Origin: Podarcis erhardii
Taxonomy: Eukaryota
DNA: 64,000 nt
Reading direction: 5' to 3' (one strand)
Assembly: GCA_964252035.1 (NCBI GenBank)
Contig: OZ176201.1
Positions 1-13,309 of this stretch are shown one piece after another (the stretch's first letter is position 1; the number at the start of each line of letters is the position of its first letter). The translations under genes were made by a program, and so were the position numbers. The notes below the pieces were generated by a model. The model searched no databases. It was not told the origin of the DNA and was given only the letters and a program-made list of their open reading frames with translations.

Positions 1-184
1 TCCCGCCTCTGTGGCTCCTCTTGGGAAACAGGCCGTACCCGAAGTCACTGTCCCACTCTCTGCCGGAGCCGCAGCTCCCCGGATCCTGTGGCTGCTCCGG
101 AGGAGGCATCTCGGAAGAGCCTCCTTCAGCCATTCAAGCACGTCAGAAACAGCATGGCTTGGGAGGCCTCATCGGCCACCGCAG

Positions 185-336
185 GTCACTCACCGTAGTG
201 ATCAAAAGGATCATTCTTGTGCTGCCACCCTCAACCTCTTGTGGAGGAGGCCCACAAAGAAGGGACTCAGTTGGGTATGGATAGGTTCATATGAAGAGAG
301 GCAATTCTTCAGGTATTGTGGTCCTGAGCCATGTTA
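185..336 (-). mobile_element. L2 LINE ORF2 3' fragment, decayed
   Basis: Minus strand reads HGSGPQYLKNCLSSYEP, resembling the L2 C-terminal motif GLGPxYLxxxLxxYxP. Confidence 0.6.
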
Positions 337-1289
337 GCATCACTCCCAGTGCACTAGGGTGCATTGGTTCTTTTTTGACCTTTGTGCATTTAGTGCAGAC
401 ATTTGAAGAGAGTTTCTGTGTGTGTTTGGTTGAGAACAGAAACCTTCTTTAGACCCCACACTCAACATTGTCACTATAGGGCTCAGGTGGTCCTGTTGAT
501 GGGATGTGTGTCCACACCTGCCCAATGACATTATGACTGGGTGTATACCAATATTGCAATCTCCACTAACTTCTTTGTTCACTTAAGGCAGGACTTTATG
601 CTTTATTCTGTTTTATGATCTGTATTACTATTTTTTATATGTGAATTATGTAGCTGCTTGGGTATGCTCTGAATGCAGACCCTGAAATAACAGTACAGAA
701 GTACGAAAGGCTTTTGTGAATAACCTCTGCAGATATACCTAGTGTTTACTTGAGTTCATCTGAACACAGCCATAATAGCGTATGAACTGTTTACATCTAT
801 TCTGAGGTCTGAATATAATGTTTACATAGACTAGAGAAACTGAGTGACAGATCATTTCTAACATAGCACTTACCATGGTTTGGAACTATGAAAGGGCTTG
901 AGGAAATTGGGCAGGCAGTAGTCTAGTACTGTGCATGAGTTCCCTTTGGCAAGGTATATAGAGCCATGAAGAGGAGATTAATTGACAGAGATTTTAGAAC
1001 ATCAGAATCTGAGGGCAATCAACTGGAAGACGCATTAGCTAAGGTGGATTGATAGGAGCAAGAAGCTTATATTGAGAATATATCTGATTGGAGGTCAGCT
1101 TTTAGCCAATTCTTATCACCTGGTTGAGGAGCATATTTTATGAGTGCTCAATTTATTCTTGCAGAACTCTTATGTGTGGGGTAAAGTCTTTGTGCTGTGT
1201 GCTGCTTGAGACTATGATCTGTGGCTAATCATGACAATCTGAATTTGAAGATCTTAATGCTGACTGTTTTTCCCTCACCTCTCTCGCAG

Positions 1290-1490
1290 GACTGCCCACA
1301 GATCCTTCCATCTACCCAGATATATATCCCTGTGGGTGTGGTGAAGCCCATCACTTTGACTGCCAAAAACCTGCCACAGCCACAGTCTGGACAGCGCAAT
1401 TACGAGTGCATCTTCCATATCCCTGGCACATCCCAGCGTGTCACTGCCCTGCGCTTTAACAGCACCAGCATCCAGTGCCAAAACACTTCG
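1290..1490 (+). CDS. PLXNA1: PLXNA1 exon ([10 protein letters not shown]...IQCQNTS)
   Basis: ctctcgcag|GAC acceptor; TCG|gtgagt donor; 201 nt, phase 0/0. Confidence 0.95.
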
Positions 1491-1623
1491 GTGAGTTTTT
1501 GGAATATAGTTATCTTTTGAGAAGGCTGCTTTGGGGAAATGCAGCAGAAATTCCCTGTTTGCCTCTTATGCATGTTTGGCCTCAACTGTGCATGTATCTG
1601 AGAGGAGATCACATGTTACCCTT

Positions 1624-1814
1624 GCTTGGGTGCAATCCCAGGGTTGCTTTCCCAAGCAGATCCAGTACCGGCAGCTGCAGGAGCTAATGCTCGGCTGCAT
1701 TGGCTCCTGCAGCTGCCGGTACTGGATCTGCTTGGGTGCAATCCCAGAGTTGCTTTCCCATTAACCAGTAATGGGAAAGCAACTCTGGGATTGCACCCAA
1801 GCAGATCCACTACC
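1624..1814. repeat. Composite interlocked inverted repeats (two overlapping hairpins plus a 30-bp direct repeat)
   Basis: 1651-1690/1697-1736 (39/40 complementary); 1718-1763/1769-1814 (45/46); direct repeat 1624-1653 = 1730-1759 (29/30). Confidence 0.95.
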
Positions 1815-3906
1815 TTGTTTGCCAGTACCTGCTTGCTTGTCTTTCTGCTCGACTTGGGATAGAAGCATGTTTTTACCTTGGATTGCTTACAACCCTCTCT
1901 GCACAAAAGGTGTCCATTCTGGGTCTTCCCCTCCCATCACACAGCTCCTTTGGTGAAACGGCACCCCAATCATTCCTGTTGTTTCGTGCTGCTTCCTTTC
2001 TTTATTGGAATGTACGAAGTGTGTGTTCATGGCGCTCCTGTGGCCTTGGAAGCAGTCCTGATCCTCTTTCTGCCGTTGTGATTATCCGCTTTCCTTTTTT
2101 CCTGTTTCTCTTTCTCTTCAGCTATGTGAAATTGTTCTGTGCAGGATCAACATCCCCTCCTTCCTCCGCTGCTCTGCCAAAGCTACCCAAGGGGACTCTG
2201 CTATGTTTTATGAGCATTTCCAAAGAAATTTGCTTATGAAAGCCAGAGAAAGCTGCCTAGGCCTGAGCCAGCTTTGCTTGTGTCCCAGAGGAACTCCCAT
2301 CCTTCTCTCTACTCTCCCACACTTGGGCTGATCCAACTTTGCAAACAGAATTTAGTCAATTCTGATTTATATCTGGCATTGTACACCTTCCCACATCCTC
2401 AAACACTTTCCCAGATTGTATTTCTCTCTCCCCCACCCCACCCCCAATTTCTGCTCCTCTGCTCATTCTGTTTTGCTTAATTCAGTCGATGCCACCCATC
2501 CCCTCACGAGCTGGTGCAATCCCTAGCCTGGATTCTCCGTAACAATACTGGATCTGTTTCTGCAGCTAGTCAATCTATAGTAGCTTGACAATCAGAATCT
2601 GTTTTAAAATGTTTCTGTCTACTACTTACAGAGCTCTGGCTATGTAATTCTGCCTTGCAACCATAGCCTTTCCAAAGGTCAGGAGTGGCTGGTGGAATGA
2701 GGCATTGCTGCAAAGTTTCCTTCCCCAGACTGGTGTCTCTGCACCTCACCGGGACAGTGTGGAGCTGGGGTGGATGTGTGGTAGCACTGGTGAATGTGCT
2801 TTATTGGCTCCAGTGGTTCCCTCTAACCTTGCCACCACTCTGGTGCTGCACCGTCACGTAAACTGCAATCCTGGTGTCAGGAGGTTGGCTCCATGGCACT
2901 AGCTGGCTGCTCCTGCCAGATGTACTTCCCCACTGATAACCTCTTCCACTTTATCATAGCCACTGTGTTGAGAGGGGAGAGTTTGTTTCTCATTGCAGTC
3001 AAGCCAGATCAGTGATCTTACCTGATAAACCTCAAGAAGTTCCACATGCCTTACATTAATGGATGAATTATTTGCACGGCACTCTTAACATTAAAGACTA
3101 GCAGGTCTAAAGTCTTAATAGTCCTTTCATCTGCAGAGGCATGCCATTCCTTGGCTGACCCGCTGGGCTGTCTTCCAACCTCCACTCATTTGCATAAGAG
3201 TAGCCCCTCCTCCTCCAGCTTCCAGTTTAATCCCTTTAAACATTTCTTTTCTATCACTTGCACTGTGAAAGCTCATTTGCAGCCTGGTGTGAGCAGCATT
3301 CCATAAACTTCTGCCCTTAAGCAACATGAATGACATTGCAGAGTTATGGAAGAGCTAATGTTTGCTTGAAAAGGGCCTTTCCTCCCTCCCATTCGTGCCA
3401 AGGATTCTCTTGGCGTAAACCAAGGTTGAGAGATCTTGGAGAGCACCATTTCCCTCTTATGCTCTGGCAACAACCCTTTGCAAGTTTTGGGTGGGGGAGA
3501 GGAGAACTCTAGCAGGAGGATTCTTTAGAAATACTCGTTCATATTTAGTTCCACATTATCTGATGTTGCCTCTGATGGGGAAACAGTGCAATTTGGAACA
3601 GTGGAGACTCAATGGTTCAGTAGACGGTAGAATCCAAAATGTTGTCTGGCTTTTTAAAAATGTAATTATGTATCCAGGAAGCTCAGGCAAAGCAGTAGGA
3701 AACAGAAGACAAGAAAAATCAAATGGTGAAATGAATGCTAAACTAGAAGTGCGGGGGGGCGGGGAATGAACAAATAATATTTGGGCTGGGAAAGAAAACA
3801 CAGAACAAAAAAGGGGGAACACTGAAGTTATACTTTACAGAAAGGAGGATATTTTTAAAAATATATATATATCTAGCCTGTCACTGACCTATTGAATTCC
3901 AGGGTG

Positions 3907-4207
3907 TTGTTGTGTTGTTGTTGTTTAATCGTTTAGTCGTGTCCGACTCTTCGTGACCCCATGGACCAGAGCACGCCAGGCACTTCTGTCTTCCACTGCC
4001 TCCCGCAGTTTGGTCAGACTCATGTTTGTAGCTTCGAAGACACTATCCAACCATCTTGTCCTCTGTCGTCCCCTTCTCCTTGTGCCCTCCATCTTTCCCA
4101 ACATCAGGGTCTTTTCCAGGGAGTTTTCTCTTCTCATGAGGTGGCCAAAGTATTGGAGCCTCAGCTTCACGATCTGTCCTTCCAATGAGCACTCAGGGCT
4201 GATTTCC
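3907..4207 (-). mobile_element. BovB-type RTE LINE, 5'-truncated 3' end
   Basis: Open frame ISPECSLEGQIVKLRLQYFGHLMRR...GVTKSRTRLND*, (CAA)n tail, and a 15-bp target-site duplication ttgaattccagggtg at 3892-3906 and 4208-4222. Confidence 0.93.
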
Positions 4208-4440
4208 TTGAATTCCAGGGTGCCATACAATATTTTTTTAAATGCCTGAGTAAATAAAAATGTTTTAACCTGACAATGCAAAGGTTGTAGCATCAGCACC
4301 AGTAGAGCTTCCTTGCAGAGAGCATCAACACTGTCCCTTGAAACCTACACAATGTACTCAACCAACTAATGATTACTTGTAGAAGGGGGTCTTGTTTGAA
4401 GATCTTAATGTACAAGGATGCTAAGATGGGTAGACATGCT

Positions 4441-4531
4441 GCTTCAGATATTTGGGTCCCAAATTGTTTACAGCTTTGGAAGTCAGCACCAGCACCTTGA
4501 GTTGGTCATGGAAGCAAATAGGAAGCCAATG
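4441..4531 (-). mobile_element. L2 LINE ORF2 fragment
   Basis: Minus strand translates HWLPICFHDQLKVLVLTSKAVNNLGPKYLK, matching the L2 motif LHWLPI...KVLVLTFKALNGLGPxYL. Confidence 0.8.
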
Positions 4532-6092
4532 CAATGCTTTGCTTTAATCGGCTAGTAAGTTTTGGGGTCAATAGCTTTGGATTGGAAGTTATACCCCCAA
4601 ATGAAGGAGCATTCACACATCAGTAGAAGCCAGGGAAGAAGTACTAGCGCCCCAAAATATTGTTCTCTCCTCCCTGCCACCCTTGCACCAGTTGAATTGC
4701 ACTCTTAGATCTCCCAAATGATCATGCATCACTCTTGATTCTTCTTTCTGCACTTATATAGGCAACATATGAACTAGGCCTTAGGAAACTCACACAGTCT
4801 GTCTTTGGAAAGCTTAAGCTAAGGCAAAAGAAAGTTTAAAAACCACAGGACTAAGCTGGGGTACGCTAATAGCCCTGTCTTAAATTGCTGGAATCAGAAT
4901 GAAGGAAACATCCATGATGGATGAAATGGAGGATGCGAGAGAGAGAACAGTCCTCCCTCACCTTTGCTTGTAAGGGCAGACTGCCCCTTGCCCAATGACA
5001 ATGAGTCTGTAGAGGCTGGTTGATCATCCTTCTTTGCAACACAGCTTTTGCCACTCCCAATTGCCAGCTTGGAGAGGATTCTTCAGAGGTCAACTGAGCA
5101 GCCATTTGCACAGCAGGAGACCAGTTACACAAAATACCTTCTTGGCCATCTGAGTGCTGTTACTGAAACATATACGCAGCCTAATCCCATCTAGCTTGCA
5201 GTACTTGAAATGGTCTTGATTAGGGGGTGGGAGAATCTGCTCCCAGGCAGTGTAAATGCTTCAGAGGAGCAATTTTCATCTGCTTCAGGAGAAAGCAAAT
5301 GGGAAGGAAGGGGATTTCTGGCCTATTTCAAGAGTAGGAGACAGCTGCTAGTATATCTTGTTTCACATCAGCTGCACTTCACCACTGGAAATTCAAGCAT
5401 GAGTCTTGGAATTGTCTCACAAATATTTATTTTATTTTGTGTGCATGTGCGCACACCTGCATTCATGCTGTCCTTTAGTTAATATACTATTGGGATGGTT
5501 AACAACCAGTAAAAACAATTACAGTAACAAAACAGTATATCTTAACAACCTGATTAAAAGTGGAGACAATAAAAAAAATGCAAGCATTACAGAGGAAGGA
5601 GGGGGGAGTCGTACCACTGCATTATGCGGCTGTTTTATTTGACTCCTAGGTGTGGTAGTGTTAAATTTCTTGGGGTTTCTTTGGTGAGAAAAATAAGTAC
5701 ACACTTAAAAGGTACCATTTTATATTGAATTCACAAGTCCCATTACAACTTTTCAGCACCCCTCATTTTGGGAATTTGAAAGTTGCAAAATTCAGCATGT
5801 CTTGCTGCCCCACAGTCGTCAGCTTTCTTGACTTTGCTCAACTTGCTAGTATTAGAATGATAATGTGATATATTCCTTACAGGGGTTGGGCTTTATGCAC
5901 ATATAGTGGATAGAAATTTATTACTTGAGAATTTATTCTCCACTGATACCTACTGTAGTCTATCCTGTCCACTTTGCAGCTTTGTACTGTTGCCTCCTTT
6001 CTCTCTCTTCTCTCTCTCTCTTACTCTGCTGCCACCTTCTTTCCCTCTTTTATTTGAATTTTTTAAAGAACACTTTTAATATTTTGAAAACG

Positions 6093-6111
6093 GAGAGAGA
6101 GAGAGAGAGAG

Positions 6112-6162
<51 letters not shown>

Positions 6163-6164
6163 AA
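6093..6164 (+). repeat. Compound (GA)n(GAAA)n microsatellite
   Basis: Directly visible. Confidence 0.95.
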
Positions 6165-9100
6165 ATACTCTAACCTTTAGCTAATCCCATATTCCCTCCC
6201 TGCACTATTCAAGATCCTGGCTTTTAGCTAGATTAAGATTACAAGTAAACCTGTACGTCTTTCTTCATCTCTTCCTTATATTAGCCCATTTCCATCATGC
6301 TTTTGAAATTAAGATTCCAAAGCTGAATCCTGTTGGTACTGAGTATCCTCCTTCTCATTATATTTACCAGGATGTGAGCACTCAGGGTCAGGGTCTCCCT
6401 CTCCAAATCTCTTCTTTAAACCCTCCCATTTCACTTCAGCACACAATTGAGCTTAGTTCTCTCTAAGGAGATTTGGGATGCTGTGTACTGAAGGACACTG
6501 TTTAACAATAAACGCTATGGTTGAACAGCAGCAGAAGCGCTGGCTTAATGGGTCTTGAAGGTTGTATCTGAAATGCAGCCTGTGGGAGAGGAATCCTGTA
6601 TCTATAGCAACACAAAACCTGAATGAAGGGAGGGTGTATTCTCATCTATAAGCGGGAGATTGGATCAGGATTAGAAGGCCAGGAGGTAACTTGAATTCTG
6701 TCAATGCCATAACTATTCGATTGACAAAAAGATGCCAAAGAAAGCAGTGCCTTGGAGCATTACCAGAATAGTTCCGTACTTCCATCCAGTGGCTTACTGT
6801 AGATTTTGCTTAAAGCGCATCATTATAGCTATTGAACCATTATATAAGAAACAGTGGAGTCACCCCTAGTCTCCTTATTATGTATATGATAGCAGCATAG
6901 AGGTGCCTCCATAGAAAAATTGGCCTAGAGGTCCTTGCTGTGTGGACAGACAGAAAGCAATTCTGAGCCATATTGTTAACAATGGAAGCAGCCAAAGAGA
7001 GGTTTTAAAGAAAAAATGCAGCTTTTGCAATGCAAATTGGTGTCTGCATTGGAATTAGAATCCAAATCAAGGGGGGAAGAATCCAAGAAAAGTTAGGGCA
7101 CTGAGGGCAATTCACACTGCCCGTGATTGTGTGCAGTTTTCCCAAGGCAAAATATAATCAGATTAAATGCATGTTTTAAATAACACTGATGTCTAAAACA
7201 CACATTGCTAAAAGATTGGTGGTTGCCTAATGCTAATGTTTCTGCTAACCTGTAGAGTTTGTGGAGTATGGGAACTCACCTCAAGACCTGCAGAAATGGA
7301 AGGGACTTGAGAATGCTATTAATCACTCAAGTTCCATGAATTTCAATAATATTTGGGACTATACCCCATGTGTCTCAACTTTCAGCAGAGCATCCTACCA
7401 GTACAGCTGCACTGCCTGCAACATTCAGTTTTTGTTTGTGCGTCTATTTAATTTACAGGGACCCAGATATAGCTTCTACATTATCAAAATCTCTCTATGT
7501 ATGCAGAATGCAATACCAATATATTTTTGTAAAAAATTTTCAGCTGCTTAACATATTAATGTTCCCCATATCAAAGTCCTTTTTTTTCATCTTTATTTTC
7601 TTTCCAGTTTGGGTACTGGAAATTGTAGATTTCAATGACATCAATATCTGAACTCCATTTTTACACTCAGTTACCATTCTAGAACTCTCTTTCTAATTCA
7701 AGAATCTGTTCACACCTAGAAGGGACACAAGTGTTCTTAACATTTAAAGGCAACTAGCCAGGCAGTTTTAAAGGCTTCATGTTCACACTTTTCCAAATTT
7801 TTCTCTATTCTCTTGCTTTCCCCCCCACTCCATCTGGTTTCATTGTATTGCTTCACACTTTTCAAAGTTGGTTAACTTTGCAAGGTGACATGAAACTTAG
7901 AAAACAGCTTTTTGTCCGTTCCCTATGTTTCTACTTTATGGTAACAAAAGCGGGACAGATTTTTATCAGGCGCGTCTTTGTGTATGCTTGCGAATGTGGT
8001 GCGTGCTGCAGCCCTTTGAGTCAAGACTACATAGTTATAGAAGTCTCGGATGGAGTTCTCCTCCACAATATGTGGGGAAAACTAGCCAGCTTAGATGACT
8101 GTTAAAAAAACCATTTGTCTACTGACTATTAGCTGTCTTAGACATCTTTCTCCAACCCTGGTGCCCTCCAGATGTTTTGTATTATAACAGACACCATCCC
8201 TGGGCACTGGCCATGCTGAGTAGTTGGAGTTCTCCAACATCTGCTGTGTACCAAGCTGAGGTTGACTGTTCTAGGGCTTTAAAGCTCCAAACCCAGCACA
8301 GTGCAGACTGGCAACCAGTTCAACTAGTACAAAATCAGTGTTACATGCTCCAGCTGTCCTGTCTTCATGAACATGTGGGTTCTGCCCAAGTTAAAGTTTC
8401 CCAGCTGTATTCAGTTTAACCTGTATGTCACTAGTGCGTGGATCACTAGGGTAGCAGCCTCAGCTAACAAGTCACTCCTAGCAGTGCCTCTAGCTGTGCT
8501 TCCACAGACAGAACCCTGTGAAGACCCCGAAGATGTGAATTTCGTCCTTCAGGGGAAGTGCAATCCTGTCCAAGGCTAGTTGTAAACCTCCCCCCAGATT
8601 TACCAGTTTCCTCACCCACAGCACCTCCATCTTGTCTAGATTAAGCTTCAAGCTTCTTCTCATTCATCCCCAAGCCACCTCTTGAGCAGTGGCTGAAGAG
8701 TTTCACAACCTACTGGGACAAGCAGTTGGAAGTGAGAGGCAGAGCAGCGTGCCACCTGCATATTGGTGGCCCCTCACCTCAGGCCTCCAAGTGATCTCTT
8801 GCAGAAGTTTTGTGTAGTTTTTTTCTCAAAAAACAACAACATGGCAGACAGAATGGAACCTCGTAAGCCAAAGGCCGTTTGGCTGGAACAGAGGTCCCCC
8901 AGCATCATCTTCTGGGTTGATTCTTCAGGACGTTCTCCTGTAACACTGTGCCCCCAACCCTGAAAATATCACTTAGAGGCATTCCGGTGCTTCCCCAAGC
9001 ATTCTGGTATCAATATTTCCTTGCTGTGTCAGTGTGATCCCTGCCCCCTTGTCAACCAGTGCTTCCATTGTGACTGAGACCCCTTAAACTGCAGTTTCAT

Positions 9101-9439
9101 TGCTCTGTAAACATCTGTTGAACAGTGCCCAGACATCTCCATGACAAATTGTACCTACTCTCCTGGCTCCATTTTGTGACATTCTAAAACTAGATTGATT
9201 GATTGTTTCATTGATGTAGAGGTTAAGAATTCTGCTATTGTGGCAAATACAGAGTGGGGGGACGACGACATCAGCAAGACCAAACTATCATTCTGCAGCG
9301 ACCCTCTACCTCACAGCAAGGCTACCAGTTACCCCCACCCCCACTCCCCTTCATTACAGGGATGGGATAAAACACTTACACTGATCTGTCCTAGTGTGGG
9401 TATAGCTTTGGAGGGAAAGTTGCTGTTTGCCAGAAATGT

Positions 9440-9850
9440 ATTTATTTATTTTTATTTTATATCCCTCCTTTATCCCAGAGCAGGACCCAGTGCAGTTCAC
9501 AGCATGTATTAAAACAATTTAATTAAATGACTATGCCTATACCTATTGAAAGCAGCCTTATTAAAAGCAACACTGAAAACTATTAAATAGCAGAACGACA
9601 AAAGAGAAAAAGAAAATGTACACCACCACTCTCAGAAGACCTGTTTGTGGCCAAAGGCCTGTCTGGACAAAAGATATATTTGCCTGTCAGGTGAAAGGAA
9701 AGTGGAGAGACAGCTAGGCTGGGCTGGTGTCACTATCAGGAAGTAGCCACTGAGAAGGCCCCCTCTCATGACCTCACCAAATGTGTCTGTAGAGGTGGAG
9801 AAACCCATAGAAAGGCCTCCCCAGAGGATCTCAAAGCCCCCGTAGGCTCT
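9440..9850 (-). mobile_element. L2 LINE 3' fragment, decayed
   Basis: (TTTA)n tail followed by recalled antisense L2 motifs (ccactgagaaggcccc, aaggcctccccagaggatctcaa). Confidence 0.55.
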
Positions 9851-10474
9851 TTCTTCTTCTTTTAATATGCCTAAGTTATTTTCTTTTGCTGGAGGAACTG
9901 GTGGCATGCTGAGTCAGAGGGATGTGCTTGGGCTCTCTTGTCCTTTTAGTGTTTCACAAGGTATAAGAGCAAGGCACCCAAGAGATTATGACATACATTT
10001 TTTATTTATGCATTTAAAAATGCAAACTGCACCTTTTAACCTATAAACAAGCAAGGTTCTCAAGGGTAGTTACAACCATTAAAACACAATAAAGGTAATT
10101 TTAAAACATACTAAAATATACTGCGTAGCTAAAAACACACACACCCTAGAACTTCCATTCTTCACAGCAGCCAAGCATTTTACATCCCAAAGGCCTATGA
10201 ATATAAAATAATATATATTAAATATACAAGTATAAATTAAACATCCATTAAATATTCAATTAAAAACTTTGCTTCTGTTCATTTTGGACCTGAGTCTAAG
10301 GGATCTCATTATGGCTGCATAAAAACCCGAGGCTCTAAATATGCTGAACTTGGGCGATGTATAGTTTTGGAATTAGGCAAATTTATAAGGGAGGGAGGCT
10401 GAGTTACAGGCGGAGAAACATAAATGCTAGGCAGGGAGAGAGCAGATGTAAAATCAAAGCAGATGTCAAGCCCT

Positions 10475-10475
<1 letters not shown>

Positions 10476-10519
<44 letters not shown>

Positions 10520-10555
10520 ACGTGTGCACGTGTACACACACACACACACACACAC
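10476..10555. repeat. (GT)n - palindromic core - (AC)n tract; a second (TG)n tract follows at 10646-10692
   Basis: 80 bp of uninterrupted purine/pyrimidine alternation. Confidence 0.95.
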
Positions 10556-10641
10556 TGGTATTTTACTGGACCTTGAGTACATTTACAGGGCCCCATAAAT
10601 CATATACACAAGGCCCTTTTATGAGCACTGCACACCTACAG

Positions 10642-10694
<53 letters not shown>

Positions 10695-13309
10695 TAGCAT
10701 TAGCCAAGCACAGAGAGGGAAATAGCACTGGATCTTACAAATCCAGAAACGTTGGTGGAGGGGAGAGCCTCTCTCTCTCTCTCTCCAAGCAGCACCGACA
10801 TTTATCTTTCCTGCAGCAGTGTTTAAAGTGAAAAGGGAGTATCAGGAGAGTTTGATAGGATCCAATTAAATTCTAGCAGATAAAATAATGATGAATTGCA
10901 GTTGAGCCCCGGCGAGACATGATGCGCATTACTGCCCTCCCTATAGTGCTGGGAAGGCATTGAGGTCATCAACTATAGAAAAATAGGACACAGTTGCAAC
11001 TGTACTATTCGTGCAGAAAACAACCTAGGGAAATGAAGTTGGAAGCTGATTGTGTGAGTATATACGTTCAAGGTGGATGTTCCCACTGTAACATGGTTGT
11101 TTATGAGTCTATGAGATTAGCGGACAGGCCGTATTCCTTGTTGAGAGCCTTTCTCTTTAGCCATTGCATACACTCTGGATATGGGACTGACAAAAAATAA
11201 ACAAAAATATTAGATACATAAGTTTCTTACTGTGATGGAGAGCATTTTTACAGTTTTGTACTTCTCTGAATGAATGAAATAAAAGTTCAGAATAGGTCCA
11301 CTAAGCAAGCGTTGATAAAATTAGCCATTGAATTGCTAAGATTGCTTACCTTTTTCACATCCCTCCTTTGTGCAGCTGGGTGCGTGTTTAACCTAAACTA
11401 GTCTTGCTAGAGTTCCCCCTATTAGAATAAATAAGTAAAATACATTGAAGGGACTATTGTTAGTCAGGAATAGCATGCATTACTTAAGAGTGTGAGAATC
11501 GGGAATGAGTAAAAACATTTCATTTCTTTCATCTTTTGGGTGGACCGAAACTTTCTTTAGCCTGTTTCCAAAACCATCCATCTGAGTGTTTTGTTTCAAG
11601 TGTTTTTGATACTTTGGTGGAACATGGTAAAGAGAAAACTCATCAGAAAACAATCTGAAAAACTCCAAATAAAGTATCCTGGGGGGGATATAGGCAAATC
11701 CCTTCATTTGTGTTTAAATCTGGACTGATTTGGAGCCTTGTGGAGACAACACTGTAGAAGTGTAGCATCTTTCAAGGAATTCACTAAGGTGTTCATGAGG
11801 TGTTTATTCCATACAACAGACATTTGGAGGGCGGGATGCCTAGTAGATCTTGGGCATCTTAGCTTTCCCATTGAAGAAACAGGGCCTAGCCTGCCTAATA
11901 ATAAAGAAGATGCTGAAAATGTGTATGCCATGAGCATCTTATTTTTCCTCCCCCTGTTACGTTCCTCTGTAGTGGATCTTTTGCACTGGATTCTGATGGA
12001 TTCCTCCTTTCCTTCCTCTGCCTGTGTTTCCATATCTATACTATGTCTCTGGGTGTCCTTCTGCATCCATCTGTTTGCTTGCTTATCATGCTGTGTGCCC
12101 ATCTGTGTAAGTTTCTGTCCACCTGCATATGTGTGTTCCTCTGATTTTTAAAGACAGATCATTTGTTTTGAATATTTGGTGTAGACTATGGAAACAAGGA
12201 GCATTTGTGGTAGACTTGCAACAGGTGATGGATTTCTCAGTCAAGAACGGAGACAAAATTATGTCAAAGGATGGAAGCAGGCAGGCAGCTAGTATCTACT
12301 TTGGCCCACTCATAATTAAGGACAGCCAGGATAGGCTAAGAAGTTGGTAGGGACATTAAATAATGTTTATGATGTGCCTGAGTCCTTGGGTTCATTGAAT
12401 TTTGATGCCGCATAAAGTCCTTTCTGCTGCTAAGTGAAATTGTCAGAGTGCCACCCATGTTTTGTCAGCCTCTTACTGTGTATAGTCACATGGGAAGTCT
12501 GCATGACTACATGATTTAGGCATGTTATAGCCTCTGTGTAGATTGCTGCTTGCGGAGATACTTTTATGCTCTACTGTTGAGATATGGAAGACAAAATTTG
12601 GACCTTGATGAAGGGTGGGGTGGGGAGACAGAGCTGCATAAGGCAGCTCAGTTTTTATGGAGTTTCTCATCCTGTGTTGGATCCCTCCTTCTGACCAGTG
12701 TGAGCCAATGCCATGTTTCACAGGGAAGAAGAGTTTTGACACGCATCGGGGTGTGAAGAATGCTAGACATTCCCAGGGTGGGAGCAGAGGAAGCTGGGCC
12801 ATCTCAGGTATAAAGCGTTGCTTGGGATCTCCTATCTTTCTTTCAGACATCCTAACCTTTATCCGAGAGAGCTGAATAACTGATAGGAACCACATGCTAG
12901 CTTCACTCAGAGAAAATAGAGGGGCAGGAGACAGACCTTTCTACACAAAGGTTTCCAAACAGACCAAGCTGTGAAGCCATTGCTGAAAGTTGGCTTGTGA
13001 ACCCTGGCTTGTTTGGAAGCCATTGACCATAGTTTCCTGGCTTGCATGAAACAGGAAATGAAGGTTAGCTGCAGCTTCCTGACTTGTGTCCGCACATGGG
13101 TGAAAGGACAACCAATGCAGGGTCCATACAGGGTGCGTGCAGGTTCATGGAACTCATGCATATCCTTGCTTGCTAAACCAGGATCTGATTGTCCAAAGAT
13201 GGCCATTGATTAATTTTAATCTTACTGTATTATATTAATATGTTGCCAGCTTTCTGGAGCTTGCTTTTAAATTTTGTAAACCACCATAAAATCTTGAATG
13301 AAGATCGGA

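Noticed and set aside
1616-1906. ORFs with repeated LLGCNPRVAFP peptide; repeat-spacer look reminiscent of CRISPR
   Set aside because: Explained by the interlocked inverted repeats; vertebrate intron, no regular spacers and no cas genes.
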